This document shows, one piece after another, positions 1 to 10,144 of a stretch of DNA of 36,569 nucleotides (positions are counted from its first letter, which is position 1; each line of letters opens with the position of its first letter). Made by a program: the position numbers and the translations under genes. Source of the stretch: a virus (taxonomy: Duplodnaviria; Heunggongvirae; Uroviricota; Caudoviricetes); the IMG/VR virus record IMGVR_UViG_2721755726_000003. One strand, written 5' to 3'. The notes under the pieces were generated by a model. That model had not been told where the DNA came from. It worked only from the letters and a program-made list of their open reading frames with translations, and made no database searches.

Positions 1-258
1 ATGCAAACCGTTATTTTTGGTCGTCCGGGTTGCCCTTACTGTGTGCGTGCAAAAGATCTGGCTGAGAAATTGAGCAATGAACGCGATGATTTTCAGTATC
101 AGTATGTAGATATTCGTGCGGAAGGGATCACTAAAGAAGATCTACAACAAAAGGCAGGTAAACCCGTAGAAACCGTGCCGCAGATTTTTGTCGATCAGCA
201 ACATATCGGCGGCTATACCGATTTTGCTGCATGGGTGAAAGAAAATCTGGACGCCTGA
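1..258 (+). CDS. grxA: glutaredoxin 1
   Basis: 85-aa ORF with GCPYC thioredoxin-fold active-site motif; recognised as E. coli GrxA; followed by hairpin terminator. Confidence 0.9.
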   Translation: MQTVIFGRPGCPYCVRAKDLAEKLSNERDDFQYQYVDIRAEGITKEDLQQKAGKPVETVPQIFVDQQHIGGYTDFAAWVKENLDA

Positions 259-267
259 TCGTCTGAC

Positions 268-288
268 AAGCCCTCGCGTTGAGGGCTT
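268..288. terminator. bidirectional hairpin between convergent grxA and ybjM
   Basis: 8-bp GC-rich stem aagccctc/gagggctt with 5-nt loop, T-run downstream on plus strand; overlaps ybjM stop codon. Confidence 0.5.
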
Positions 289-665
289 TACTGATTTTTT
301 CTGTGCTGTGGTTTAAACAAACTACTGATAAATAAGAAACACAGTGCCCCCAGCGCACACCAGAACACCGCGCTTAGTAACCATGCCAGCTCTTGCCAGA
401 ATGAGCGCGTCGGTGAAAAAAACAGCCGCATAATGAGCATCGAACAGGGTGCCGCCAGCATTGCGCCAAACAGAGGTTTCAGGACTTCTCTACGCTGTGA
501 AAAGAAGCTGGCGACTGCTCCAGGAAGAATGAAAAATAGCAAGCCGATTTCAGGATGCCCGGCAGCCCGAAAAGCGCCTTTCATGTGCGTCGCCAGAAAA
601 AGGCACACCACAATGAAGAGGACAAAACAGCAGATTGCCCCCGCCCAACGTTGTTTATGTTTCAC
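288..665 (-). CDS. ybjM: inner membrane protein YbjM
   Basis: 125-aa hydrophobic multi-TM ORF; position between grxA and ybjL matches the E. coli locus. Confidence 0.8.
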   Translation of the reverse strand: MKHKQRWAGAICCFVLFIVVCLFLATHMKGAFRAAGHPEIGLLFFILPGAVASFFSQRREVLKPLFGAMLAAPCSMLIMRLFFSPTRSFWQELAWLLSAVFWCALGALCFLFISSLFKPQHRKNQ

Positions 666-934
666 TCGTTCCTCCTGACACTGCGTCTATCGAACACATT
701 TTTCGCCAGTGTGGCGTTCAGTAAGATAAAGCCGCTTCGCATTCCATGCTAATATAGGCCAACGCAATTCATATAGCCGTTGATACCTAATGTGATTACA
801 CTAGTAAAATATATTGTTACTTTACTATCGTTTAGGTGCGCTGAATGAATCTGCGCCCTGAATTCTGGTAAAAAACATTATCGTAAATTACCATTTCTTT
901 CAACAGCTTACTAGTAAACAAGAAGTTAGCCTCC

Positions 935-2620
935 GTGAATATAAACGTCGCCGAATTGTTAAATGGGAATTACATTCTGTTATTATTTGTGGTCCTCGCG
1001 CTTGGGCTATGTCTCGGAAAGTTACGACTTGGTTCGATCCAACTGGGTAATTCCATTGGCGTTTTAGTCGTATCGCTGTTATTAGGCCAACAACATTTCA
1101 GCATTAACACCGATGCGCTTAATCTTGGCTTTATGCTGTTTATTTTCTGCGTCGGGGTCGAAGCCGGACCGAACTTTTTTTCCATTTTTTTTCGCGATGG
1201 GAAAAATTACCTAATGTTAGCACTGGTGATGGTTGGCAGTGCGCTGGTGATCGCCTTAGGGTTAGGTAAGCTGTTTGGCTGGGATATTGGCCTGACGGCC
1301 GGTATGTTAGCAGGCTCTATGACGTCGACACCGGTTCTGGTCGGTGCTGGCGATACACTGCGTCATTCCGGCATGGAAAGCAGGCAGCTCTCACTGGCAC
1401 TGGATAATCTGAGCCTCGGGTATGCCTTAACCTATTTAATCGGTCTGGTGAGTTTGATTGTTGGTGCGCGTTACTTGCCGAAATTGCAGCATCAGGACTT
1501 ACAGACCAGCGCCCAGCAAATCGCCCGCGAACGTGGCCTGGACACTGATGCCAACCGTAAGGTTTATTTACCGGTGATCCGCGCCTATCGCGTCGGCCCG
1601 GAGCTGGTGGCCTGGACCGACGGCAAAAATCTGCGTGAACTGGGTATTTATCGACAAACCGGCTGCTACATTGAACGTATTCGACGTAACGGGATTCTGG
1701 CAAATCCAGACGGTGATGCCGTGCTACAAATGGGCGATGAAATAGCGTTGGTAGGCTATCCCGACGCCCATGCCCGACTCGATCCCAGCTTCCGTAACGG
1801 TAAAGAAGTTTTCGATCGTGACCTTCTCGACATGCGTATCGTCACTGAAGAAGTGGTCGTTAAAAACCATAACGCTGTAGGTAAACGTCTCGCACAACTG
1901 AAGTTGACCGATCACGGTTGCTTCCTTAACCGCGTCATTCGTAGCCAGATTGAGATGCCGATAGATGACAACGTCGTGCTTAACAAAGGTGACGTTTTAC
2001 AAGTCAGCGGTGATGCCCGTCGCGTAAAAACCATCGCCGATCGCATCGGCTTTATCTCGATTCACAGCCAGGTCACTGACCTGCTGGCATTTTGCGCCTT
2101 CTTTGTTATTGGGCTGATGATCGGGATGATCACCTTCCAGTTCAGCACATTCAGTTTCGGCATGGGGAACGCTGCCGGGTTGTTATTCGCCGGAATTATG
2201 CTGGGCTTTATGCGTGCTAACCACCCGACCTTCGGTTACATTCCGCAAGGTGCATTAAGCATGGTGAAAGAGTTCGGCTTGATGGTGTTTATGGCAGGCG
2301 TTGGTCTGAGCGCCGGTAGCGGTATTAATAACGGCCTGGGCGCGATTGGCGGTCAGATGTTGATTGCCGGATTAATTGTCAGTCTTGTGCCCGTGGTTAT
2401 CTGTTTCTTGTTCGGTGCTTATGTATTGCGAATGAACCGCGCACTGTTGTTCGGCGCAATGATGGGCGCACGCACCTGCGCGCCGGCAATGGAGATCATC
2501 AGTGATACAGCTCGCAGTAACATCCCTGCGCTGGGCTACGCGGGCACCTACGCAATCGCCAACGTCCTGCTGACGCTGGCAGGGACAATCATCGTCATGG
2601 TATGGCCAGGATTAGGATAA
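935..2620 (+). CDS. ybjL: putative AAE-family transporter YbjL
   Basis: 561-aa ORF with GTG start, duplicated membrane domains flanking soluble TrkA-C-like region; recognised as YbjL. Confidence 0.9.
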
Positions 2621-2732
2621 AACTGAAGTTGCCCTGAAAATGAAATTTTTTTGCACAACCGCAGAACTTTTCCGCAGGGCATCAGTCTTAATTAGTGCCA
2701 CTGCTTTTCTTTGATGTCCCCATTTTGTGGAG

Positions 2733-2776
2733 CCCATCAACCCCGCCATTTCGGTTCAAGGTTGATGGGTTTTTTG
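2733..2776 (+). terminator. putative rho-independent terminator downstream of ybjL
   Basis: 10-bp stem cccatcaacc/ggttgatggg followed by TTTTTTG; loop is long (17 nt), so modest confidence. Confidence 0.4.
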
Positions 2777-2855
2777 TTGCCTGAAATTTAAGCTGTTTAA
2801 AATCATGATGTTAGAAACACTGTTTTTTAACGATGGCGACAAAATGGCGGCAGCG

Positions 2856-3074
2856 TCAAAGAGAGAGCGCCACCTGTCCTGATTTCATTGGATGCGGCTG
2901 AACCGGATTTGACTCTTTTGGCGTTGCAATCGAACGAACAAAAGTTTCATGGGTAACAAAAGTATGGCTGCAGTTAATGTTCTGGCACTGGTTGTAACGC
3001 TCTTTGGTCAATGAAGATACCTGAAAACTGCTGCGAGTATGGGCGGCACTTCCACACAGTGGGCAAATCATCAT
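2856..3074 (-). CDS. ogr: Ogr/Delta-family zinc-finger late transcription activator
   Basis: C-x2-C ... C-x4-C motif (ICPLCG...QCQNINCSHTF) typical of P2 Ogr; start taken at internal Met giving 72 aa instead of track start 3107. Confidence 0.85.
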   Translation of the reverse strand: MMICPLCGSAAHTRSSFQVSSLTKERYNQCQNINCSHTFVTHETFVRSIATPKESNPVQPHPMKSGQVALSL

Positions 3075-3164
3075 TTTTCGAGCTCTCCCCATTTTTGCTA
3101 AATTCACAATAATGATACCGCATTATTCCATTTTGCAAACTTAAAAGTTCTCCATTGCGAAGAA

Positions 3165-4265
3165 TCATTCCATTTCGAAATCATCAATCCTCACTTCAAG
3201 CTCCAGACTGGTCGTAAAACCATTATCCGGGCTGACAGTATGTGTCAGAGTCGTAATGGTCCATTCCGCATCATCTATCGGCTGTTTAAAACCACTGACC
3301 TTCACAGGCATTTCCGTGTAGAGATCTGCCCGCCCTTCTGCCAGTTGTAGCGAAAATGACGCAACGCCGCGTTGCAGGCGTTCCCACTGCATTTTCGCCG
3401 CTCGTTCGGCGTTGCTCCGGTTGGCATAAGTGCGATTAAGTACCAGCACGTTTTCATCCGTACCCACCAGGTAATCGCCCTGCTTCGCTTCCGGCTCTTT
3501 CTTCTGCTTCTTAGTTCTGCGCTTACGCTTCACCGTGGTGCTTTCTTTCTTCGCGGGTTCGCGGGTATGCAACCAGCTGGCAATTACGCCCGTGTAGGCT
3601 CCGCGATCTGCCAGGGTAAATCGGTGACTGTCGCCGTCCTTGCGTGTGATAGTGATCACTGGCAGAGGTTTACCAGTGGCGCTTTTGCCCTGCCCCTGCC
3701 GGATGAATAACAGATTGCCATTTTTCACCGACGCGATGGCACCGTACTGTCGCGCCAGCCGCATCAGAAAACTGCCGTCACTCTCATTAGTCTGGTCTAT
3801 ATGCTCCACGGGCTTATCCGACAGGTCTTTACCCAGTGCCATCTTCAGCTTGTGCCGCGCGGCTATTTCCTTCACCACTTCCCCGACGGTGGTCTTATGC
3901 CACGATTTTTCACGGCGGGTATTCAGCGTTTCCCGAAAATCAGCACTTCGCGCCCGGATAGTCAGGCGGTCCGGTGCGCCAGTGTGTTCAATCTCGTCCA
4001 CTGTGAATGCCCCTTTCGGGAAAAGCGGCTGCCCCTTCCAGCCCAGCGCCAGCGTAATAACCGCACCACGGCGCGGCAGCACGATTTTTCCGTCAGCGTC
4101 ATCCAGCTCCAGATCAAGCTGGTCCGCTTCAAAGCCCCGGTTATCCGTCAGCGTCAAACTCATCAGGCGGTTATCCAGCACAGTGGTGATATCCCTGCCC
4201 TCAATACTGATGCTGAATGCGGGAGTTTTGTTGCCTTTGTTAAGCAGTTCAGAGCTGAAATTCAC
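3165..4265 (-). CDS. D: tail protein D
   Basis: 366-aa ORF, P2 gpD-like, synteny between ogr and U; GTG start in track. Confidence 0.8.
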   Translation of the reverse strand: MNFSSELLNKGNKTPAFSISIEGRDITTVLDNRLMSLTLTDNRGFEADQLDLELDDADGKIVLPRRGAVITLALGWKGQPLFPKGAFTVDEIEHTGAPDRLTIRARSADFRETLNTRREKSWHKTTVGEVVKEIAARHKLKMALGKDLSDKPVEHIDQTNESDGSFLMRLARQYGAIASVKNGNLLFIRQGQGKSATGKPLPVITITRKDGDSHRFTLADRGAYTGVIASWLHTREPAKKESTTVKRKRRTKKQKKEPEAKQGDYLVGTDENVLVLNRTYANRSNAERAAKMQWERLQRGVASFSLQLAEGRADLYTEMPVKVSGFKQPIDDAEWTITTLTHTVSPDNGFTTSLELEVRIDDFEME

Positions 4266-4747
4266 GACAGCAGCCCTCCCACCGTTTTACTGATATCGCT
4301 TAAGGCAGACGTTGCCGTGTCCTGCAGATTATTCAGTTGCGCACTGAGATCACCGAACATATCGGACAGGGATTCATCCACTCGTTTGAGCGACAGGGTG
4401 AACTCAATCCGGCGCGGCATACCGTCGCGGAAAAACTCCGTTTTAGTCTGATTCAGTCCCTCAATCACATACATGCCGTAAATCGTGCCGCTGCCTTCAA
4501 TCAGGGGCCATGCTTTCCCCTGTTCTGCCATCTGCTCCAGTGCCAGCAACGACAGCCTGCCGCCTGTTATTTCCGGCATAAGAACACCGGAAAGCGTCAG
4601 CATGTCGTTTTCCGGTCCCAGAAACTGCGTGGACGGACGTCGGTTTACCCGACTGTTTGCCGCATGTCGCCAGCTGCGTTGATACTGCAGTTCCTGATAC
4701 GGCACGGTGCGCAGCATAAACACGTACAATCCCAGCACCATCATCAT
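4262..4747 (-). CDS. U: tail protein U
   Basis: 161-aa ORF, P2 gpU-like; 4-nt overlap with D start. Confidence 0.8.
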   Translation of the reverse strand: MMMVLGLYVFMLRTVPYQELQYQRSWRHAANSRVNRRPSTQFLGPENDMLTLSGVLMPEITGGRLSLLALEQMAEQGKAWPLIEGSGTIYGMYVIEGLNQTKTEFFRDGMPRRIEFTLSLKRVDESLSDMFGDLSAQLNNLQDTATSALSDISKTVGGLLS

Positions 4748-7700
4748 GCGTCGTATCCCCCCTGATCGCTGTAGTTACTCCTGGCTTTTGCCTTCAGCCT
4801 GCGTTCACGTTCATCAAGCTGGCGTGCCACCTCCCGCGCAATATCCTGCGCACTTTGTCCTGGCTGCGTCTGAATGATGATCTGCGTCGGTGCCTCAATC
4901 CGTTGAACGGGCGGCACAGTGGCTGCGCGACTCACAATTGCTTCTCCACCTTTCGCGGGAAGTGCCAAAGGGTGCAACGGTGGAAGCTCTGCTGGCGCGG
5001 CAGCAACGCCCATCATTCCGGCAACAACGGCAGCCAGTGCAGCTGTATTTCTCCGGCTGGTCACATTTGCCGGGCCGTTAACAATTTCCGGCCCGTTTTC
5101 ACCGACGATGCCAAACTGCCCGCGCGGGATATACCCGCCGCTGTCATACATCCCCGCAAAGCCATATCCCCATGACGGAAAACCACCCGATGGCATCATC
5201 ACTTTACCGTCTGCATTCACCGTCGCAGGTTGCTGACGCGTCACGCTTTCCGGCAGTTTTGCCTTTGCGGCCTCTTTACTGACAATGCCGAGCTTCTCCA
5301 GCAACCAGGAAACGCCGGATTTCAGGGAGTCCAGCGGATGCATGACCATATTCAGCCCTTCCGCCAGTGCCTCCCCGAATCGCCGCCCCATTGCCGCTGC
5401 GCTCTGCAGTTCGGCAGAGGTCGACTTAACGGGCGTCAGCAGATCAGTAAACCAGCCCCACAGCGCCTGCACTTTGTCGCCAATCCACTGGAACACGGGC
5501 TTAAGCGGTTCGAACGCTGCACTGATGGGACCTGCCGCCGCTTTGAATCCTTCCACCACGCCACCGAGAAATGCGGTGATGGGTTGCCAGTATTTCCAGA
5601 CAACCAGCGCCACGCCCGCCAGTGCAGTAACCACAAGACCTATCGGACTGAGCAGAGCACCTAACAGACCAGATATGGCATACAGGGCAACGCGCAGCAT
5701 CGCCAGTGGACCAGATGCCAGTACTCGCAGCACCGTGCCTGCGGCGGCCAGTCCACCGCGCAGTACCGCCAGAGGATTCATAAACATCACAGCAACCGCA
5801 CGTAAACCGGATAATCCAGACCGCAAAAGTGCAACCGGCGCACCTGCTACAGTTTTCAGGACATTTCCCGTCAGTGATGCCGTGCGGCGCAAAGACGACA
5901 ACGGCGCAGTAAGTAAACCTGCGGCGTTGCCCGATGAAGCAAGCCCGCGTCGCAGCAGTGCCAGTGGTGCGCCAGCCAGCCAGGACAACGCGCTGCTGGT
6001 TCGAGTTACTGCTGCCGTAACGGAAGATAACGTTTTGATACCCAACACAGAGAATCCCAGACGGATCACTGCCAGCGGCCCCAGCACTGCAGCCAGCGCC
6101 ACCGCTAAGGTGCCGAGGCCGACGGTAACCGCAGCCACAACAGCCGATGCTTTCATCAGTGTGCCTGTCAGTTCCGGGTTAGCTTCCACCCAGCGACGCA
6201 ACGCCCCCGTGACGCTTTTCACCGTGTACAGAATATCCATCAGCGGCTGGCGCAGCGTTTCGCCCAGGCTGCTGAAGGTGTTCTGCGCTCCGGTTTTGAC
6301 CAGCAACCACTGCGCAGAAAGTGAATCCTTGTTAATGTCGGATTCTTTCTGCATGGAGCCGAGCGCATCATTGCCCGCTGTCAGTTTTAACTGACGCTGC
6401 AGTTCCGGCAGGTTGTTTGCCAGTTTCGCCGCGTCATCGCCAAACTCTTTACCAAACAACATAGTCATGGCAGACAGGCGCTTGTCCTGCGGCAGCGCGT
6501 TTACCTTCTCCAGCACGCGCTGGATGGTTCCCATCGCATCCTTCGTCATCTGCTTTTCAATCACTTCAGGATTGAGTTTCAGCAGATTCATCCCTTCAAA
6601 GAAACTCTTGCTTTGCATGGTGGCAATGGACAATTCACGCACCATCGCGTTTGCTGCACTGGCTGCAACCTCTGGCGCAGCGCCCAGTGTCAGGAAGGTG
6701 GAACCCAGCGCCGCCGCTTTACGATAATCCAGACGGTCAGCCACACCGCCCAGACGTTGCATCACATCAATGATGTCTGCCCCTTTCGACATGGCGTTAT
6801 CATCCAGATAGTTCAGCGCATCACCGAGCTGTTCAATATTGCGGGTGGGGATTTTGTAGAGCTGGGCGATTTTCCCCAGACTTTCTGACAGTTCATCCGC
6901 TGGCAGCTCAAAGGCTGTTGCCGCCTTTGCTGCCGTACTGGCGAAGGCCAGCAGGTCACGTTTCTGATCTTCCCAGCTGTCGTCAGGGTTTGCGACGTTC
7001 ATGCGCGCACCACCTTCAACCAGTGCAGCGAGGTCCACCGCACCGTTTTCCATCGGCAACTGTTCGCTGGCAGCCTTGATGGCATCCTGCATTTCATAAA
7101 AACGTGCAGTGCGGTTGCCATTATCGTCACGCAGACCATTGACCTGCTTTGCCACACCTTTCATGGCATCTTCCATGCTGGTATAGCTTTTTACTGCCGC
7201 CATCACTGGCGCACCCATTGCCAGCCCTGCAGCCGTGGTGGTGGCTCCGGCACCTGCAATACGATCACGCACCTCCAGCGAACGGGCATAACTGGCACGC
7301 GCTGCATTCATCCTGCGCTGAGCTTCCCCCAGTCGCTTCAGCCGCGCCTCCTGTTTCGAAAGTTCCTGGTTATAACGTGATGTTTCACGGGCTAAACGGG
7401 CAGTTGCTCCCGCATCGTCTTTCGCAGAAATTCCCGCCCGGTACAGTTCAGCACGCACAAGCGCCGTCTGCTGCTGCAGCTTTTTCTGGCGTTCTTCCAG
7501 GCGCTGAACAGCCAGCCGTTGACGGCCCAGAGCAACAACCTGACGTTGCGAAGGCGGCCCCATCGCTCCCAGTTCCTGACTGAGCAAATTTGCACGCTGG
7601 CGGGCATAGTTCAGCCTGTCGCCTAATTTCTGATTTTCTGCCTGCAGCTTTCGGAAGCTGTCCAGACTGCTCCCGGCCTGATCAAGCTGCTTTATTGCAT

Positions 7701-7821
7701 CGCGGGATTTTTTGACAGCAGCAGCCAGTTCTCTTGAACTGGCCTGCGCAGATCGAAATGGGCGGGTGAGCTTGTCAACCGCATTAAGAATGACCTGCAG
7801 ACGCAGGTTGTTATCACTCAT
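4744..7821 (-). CDS. T: tail tape measure protein
   Basis: 1025-aa ORF with coiled-coil N-terminal half and Gly/Ala/Leu-rich repetitive hydrophobic C-terminal half; position after E/E'. Confidence 0.9.
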   Translation of the reverse strand: MSDNNLRLQVILNAVDKLTRPFRSAQASSRELAAAVKKSRDAIKQLDQAGSSLDSFRKLQAENQKLGDRLNYARQRANLLSQELGAMGPPSQRQVVALGRQRLAVQRLEERQKKLQQQTALVRAELYRAGISAKDDAGATARLARETSRYNQELSKQEARLKRLGEAQRRMNAARASYARSLEVRDRIAGAGATTTAAGLAMGAPVMAAVKSYTSMEDAMKGVAKQVNGLRDDNGNRTARFYEMQDAIKAASEQLPMENGAVDLAALVEGGARMNVANPDDSWEDQKRDLLAFASTAAKAATAFELPADELSESLGKIAQLYKIPTRNIEQLGDALNYLDDNAMSKGADIIDVMQRLGGVADRLDYRKAAALGSTFLTLGAAPEVAASAANAMVRELSIATMQSKSFFEGMNLLKLNPEVIEKQMTKDAMGTIQRVLEKVNALPQDKRLSAMTMLFGKEFGDDAAKLANNLPELQRQLKLTAGNDALGSMQKESDINKDSLSAQWLLVKTGAQNTFSSLGETLRQPLMDILYTVKSVTGALRRWVEANPELTGTLMKASAVVAAVTVGLGTLAVALAAVLGPLAVIRLGFSVLGIKTLSSVTAAVTRTSSALSWLAGAPLALLRRGLASSGNAAGLLTAPLSSLRRTASLTGNVLKTVAGAPVALLRSGLSGLRAVAVMFMNPLAVLRGGLAAAGTVLRVLASGPLAMLRVALYAISGLLGALLSPIGLVVTALAGVALVVWKYWQPITAFLGGVVEGFKAAAGPISAAFEPLKPVFQWIGDKVQALWGWFTDLLTPVKSTSAELQSAAAMGRRFGEALAEGLNMVMHPLDSLKSGVSWLLEKLGIVSKEAAKAKLPESVTRQQPATVNADGKVMMPSGGFPSWGYGFAGMYDSGGYIPRGQFGIVGENGPEIVNGPANVTSRRNTAALAAVVAGMMGVAAAPAELPPLHPLALPAKGGEAIVSRAATVPPVQRIEAPTQIIIQTQPGQSAQDIAREVARQLDERERRLKAKARSNYSDQGGYDA

Positions 7822-7993
7822 CGTTGGCCCCGCTTCTCTGAATCGCTTTATACCGCCATTCCAGCACTTCGGTCAGCGGCATAACGTCAGTAACGGATGG
7901 CGGCCAGTGAAAAATGGTGGCGATATCTGCCACCAGATCGTCAACCGTCAGGCTGTCGGTAAACCGGCAAGCACCGACTTCTTCAACAAAAAA
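7814..7993 (-). CDS. E': E' extension of tail assembly chaperone E+E' made by -1 frameshift (fusion product spans 7814..8250)
   Basis: Slippery heptamer TTTTTTG on coding strand (plus-strand 7987..7993); -1 frame hand-translated as VEEVGACRFTDSLTVDDLVADIATIFHWPPSVTDVMPLTEVLEWRYKAIQRSGANDE, stop TGA at 7814..7816 overlapping T start; about 146 aa total. Confidence 0.7.
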   Translation of the reverse strand, partial: FFVEEVGACRFTDSLTVDDLVADIATIFHWPPSVTDVMPLTEVLEWRYKAIQRSGANDE

Positions 7994-8250
7994 GTGACAA
8001 CCTCAACCGACATGGCAGTGAGATCTGCCGGGTCCATCTCTGCAATTTCCTGTGCAGTCAGTGCCGGACTGGAGATGCGGGGGATCACGGTCATCATCGC
8101 GTTTACATCCATATCCATAATGGCCTGCAGGCGTGTACCGCGCAGCGCACCGGACTGCGGTTTACGCAGCACAATTTCGGTGATTTCTGTTTTACCGCGC
8201 TTGATGGGGGTATCCAGTTGAATGGTCTTTTCAGTCTGCTTATCGCTCAT
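7948..8250 (-). CDS. E: tail assembly chaperone E
   Basis: 100-aa ORF upstream of T, P2 gpE-like; contains slippery TTTTTTG near 3' end. Confidence 0.8.
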   Translation of the reverse strand: MSDKQTEKTIQLDTPIKRGKTEITEIVLRKPQSGALRGTRLQAIMDMDVNAMMTVIPRISSPALTAQEIAEMDPADLTAMSVEVVTFLLKKSVLAGLPTA

Positions 8251-8304
8251 TTTGCTGTCCTGTCAATTGGGTTCTGGCGCGGTATCCCGCGCCGTTCAGA
8301 TATA

Positions 8305-8820
8305 TCAGAGGCCGAGGGCGTTGCGGTGCGCTTCCATCAGGTCCACACCGTCCACAATTTCCACCATGTTGATAAGGTCCACTTCATAGAGCACCTCACC
8401 ATTGATGGTCAGCTTCGCGTAGCTGTTGGTACTGGTCACTTTGGTGGTGTTGCTTTCGCCCGTCTTCCACTCGCCGGAATCCACTTCTTTGTGACGTCCA
8501 CGCACGACAAGCTCCACGGCCTGCACTTCCCCGGTATCGTCACGCTGAATAGAGCCGGTAAAGCGCAGCTGGATGCCATCCACCGTGGCTTTACCCATCT
8601 GTTTAAACAGCAGCAATTCAGTACCACCAATGGAAAATTCTGTATCCAGCGCACTGTCATCAAGCCCCAGATCCACATCCACCGCACCCGGCATTCCGCC
8701 GCCGCGATACTTCTCATATTTGCGGGTAAATTTCGGCAGCGTCAGCGACTCAACGATCCCCTGCCAGTTGTTCCCGTCGTTAAACAGGTTCAGGTGTTTT
8801 AATTTGCGTGGTAAAGCCAT
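8305..8820 (-). CDS. FII: tail tube protein FII
   Basis: 171-aa ORF, P2 gpFII-like, ATG start. Confidence 0.85.
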   Translation of the reverse strand: MALPRKLKHLNLFNDGNNWQGIVESLTLPKFTRKYEKYRGGGMPGAVDVDLGLDDSALDTEFSIGGTELLLFKQMGKATVDGIQLRFTGSIQRDDTGEVQAVELVVRGRHKEVDSGEWKTGESNTTKVTSTNSYAKLTINGEVLYEVDLINMVEIVDGVDLMEAHRNALGL

Positions 8821-8829
8821 GTTGTCCCC

Positions 8830-10002
8830 TTACGCGCTGACCTGGCTGGCGAAATTCACCAGGTACTGATCGGTGATGCGCTGACGCAGCATCAGGTTTT
8901 CAAGTGGCGGCACTGGCGTGTAGTCGTAGTCGATGGTGAGTTTTCCGGCTTTCAGCGTGTCTTTGTCGTTCACCGACTCATCCAGCCAGCAATCACCACC
9001 AATGAGATAGCCCTGACTGACCAGGCTGCGCATTTTGGCGCGGATACCTTCGATAATGTCGCGGGCCAGCGACGGGTTAAGCGGTTTATCCACCGCCCAC
9101 ATGTGTGCTTCTGCCATCGTGTCCATCAGCACCTGCGCCGTGCGGGTGTAGTTTTCGAAGGCAAAGAGCGGGTCATCACTCAGGCAGCGGGAACCCCAGA
9201 AGCGGAAACCGTCTTTACGCACAAGCGTGGTGACGTCGTTCTGGTTCAGCAGACCTGCATCGGTTGCCGGGTCCTGCAGATCCCAGAACACATCTGCAGA
9301 AATTCCGGTGACACCGTTCACGCCCACGTTGGACAGGCTTTTGTGCCATCCGGTCTGCTCGTCAATTTTGGCGCGCAGACCAAGCGCACGGGCGGTGGCA
9401 TATGCCGTTGCTTCGGCATTCAGCACCGTGTCCCAGCCAGTAAAGTCAGGCCAGATCAGCATCCCTTCGCGCTGGCTGAAGTTTTCGCGGTAAGTGATCG
9501 CCTCCTGCACTGTCTTGCAGCCATACGCTGACAGGTAAGCAAATCCACGCAGGCTTTGCGCCACGCTCAGCAACTCAGTAGCTACCGCCTTGGTGTCGTG
9601 GCCTGGCACGCCGAGAATGCGCGGTTTAACGCCGAGCTGTGACTGGGCAGATAACAGGGCTTTCATACCTGTTTTTTTACCTTCAACAGTCACTGCGCCG
9701 ATGATATTGGTCGTGGTTTCGTCTTCCGTTTCACCCTGCGGCACACGCACAACAATGGTCACGGGTTTTGCCTGGTCAGCGATGGCATCCAGCGAACGGG
9801 CCAGAGTACCTGACTCACCCGCTTTACCGCTGGCAGTCAGCACATCAGTGATCAGCACGGGTTTATTAAGAGGAAACATTTTTGCATCGGCATCATCGCC
9901 CGTGCAGACCATACCCACGATGGCGGTGCTCACCGTGGTAATAGATCGGGTGCCTTCGTTGACTTCAACAACGCGCACCCCGTGGTGGTAATCCTGAGCC
10001 AT
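8830..10002 (-). CDS. FI: contractile tail sheath protein FI
   Basis: 390-aa ORF, P2 gpFI-like, AGGAGG Shine-Dalgarno upstream of ATG. Confidence 0.9.
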   Translation of the reverse strand: MAQDYHHGVRVVEVNEGTRSITTVSTAIVGMVCTGDDADAKMFPLNKPVLITDVLTASGKAGESGTLARSLDAIADQAKPVTIVVRVPQGETEDETTTNIIGAVTVEGKKTGMKALLSAQSQLGVKPRILGVPGHDTKAVATELLSVAQSLRGFAYLSAYGCKTVQEAITYRENFSQREGMLIWPDFTGWDTVLNAEATAYATARALGLRAKIDEQTGWHKSLSNVGVNGVTGISADVFWDLQDPATDAGLLNQNDVTTLVRKDGFRFWGSRCLSDDPLFAFENYTRTAQVLMDTMAEAHMWAVDKPLNPSLARDIIEGIRAKMRSLVSQGYLIGGDCWLDESVNDKDTLKAGKLTIDYDYTPVPPLENLMLRQRITDQYLVNFASQVSA

Positions 10003-10078
10003 AGTGGCGAACCTCCTGATTGGATTAGGCTTCGCCCTATGTTGAAGTGATTGTGCCTGACAAACAGCTAAGCGCAGT

Positions 10079-10096
10079 TGTGTCGTTATTCACACA
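10079..10096 (-). promoter_or_regulatory. putative Ogr-dependent late promoter element upstream of FI
   Basis: TGT-N12-ACA dyad (tgt gtcgttattcac aca) about 80 bp upstream of FI start codon, as at P2 late promoters. Confidence 0.35.
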
Positions 10097-10144
10097 AAAT
10101 AACGGTATTTGTCTGCTTGCAGGGATAATCAACATAATGCTGAT

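Noticed and set aside
433-752. Plus-strand ORFs overlapping ybjM
   Set aside because: Antisense to a recognised host membrane-protein gene; basic low-complexity translations.
2733-2776. Possible tRNA 3' fragment as att site (ggttcaagg resembles a T-loop)
   Set aside because: No acceptor stem, no CCA and no cloverleaf can be drawn; better explained as a terminator hairpin. No tRNA, rRNA or CRISPR array was found anywhere in the window.
3372-4451. Plus-strand ORFs of 112-217 aa overlapping gpD and gpU
   Set aside because: Antisense to well-supported tail genes; translations are low-complexity; no start context.
4855-6394. Several long plus-strand ORFs (up to 369 aa) antisense to the tape measure gene
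   Set aside because: They lie entirely within a confidently assigned minus-strand gene, have low-complexity Ala/Ser/Pro/Arg-rich translations typical of GC-rich antisense frames, and no convincing ribosome-binding sites.
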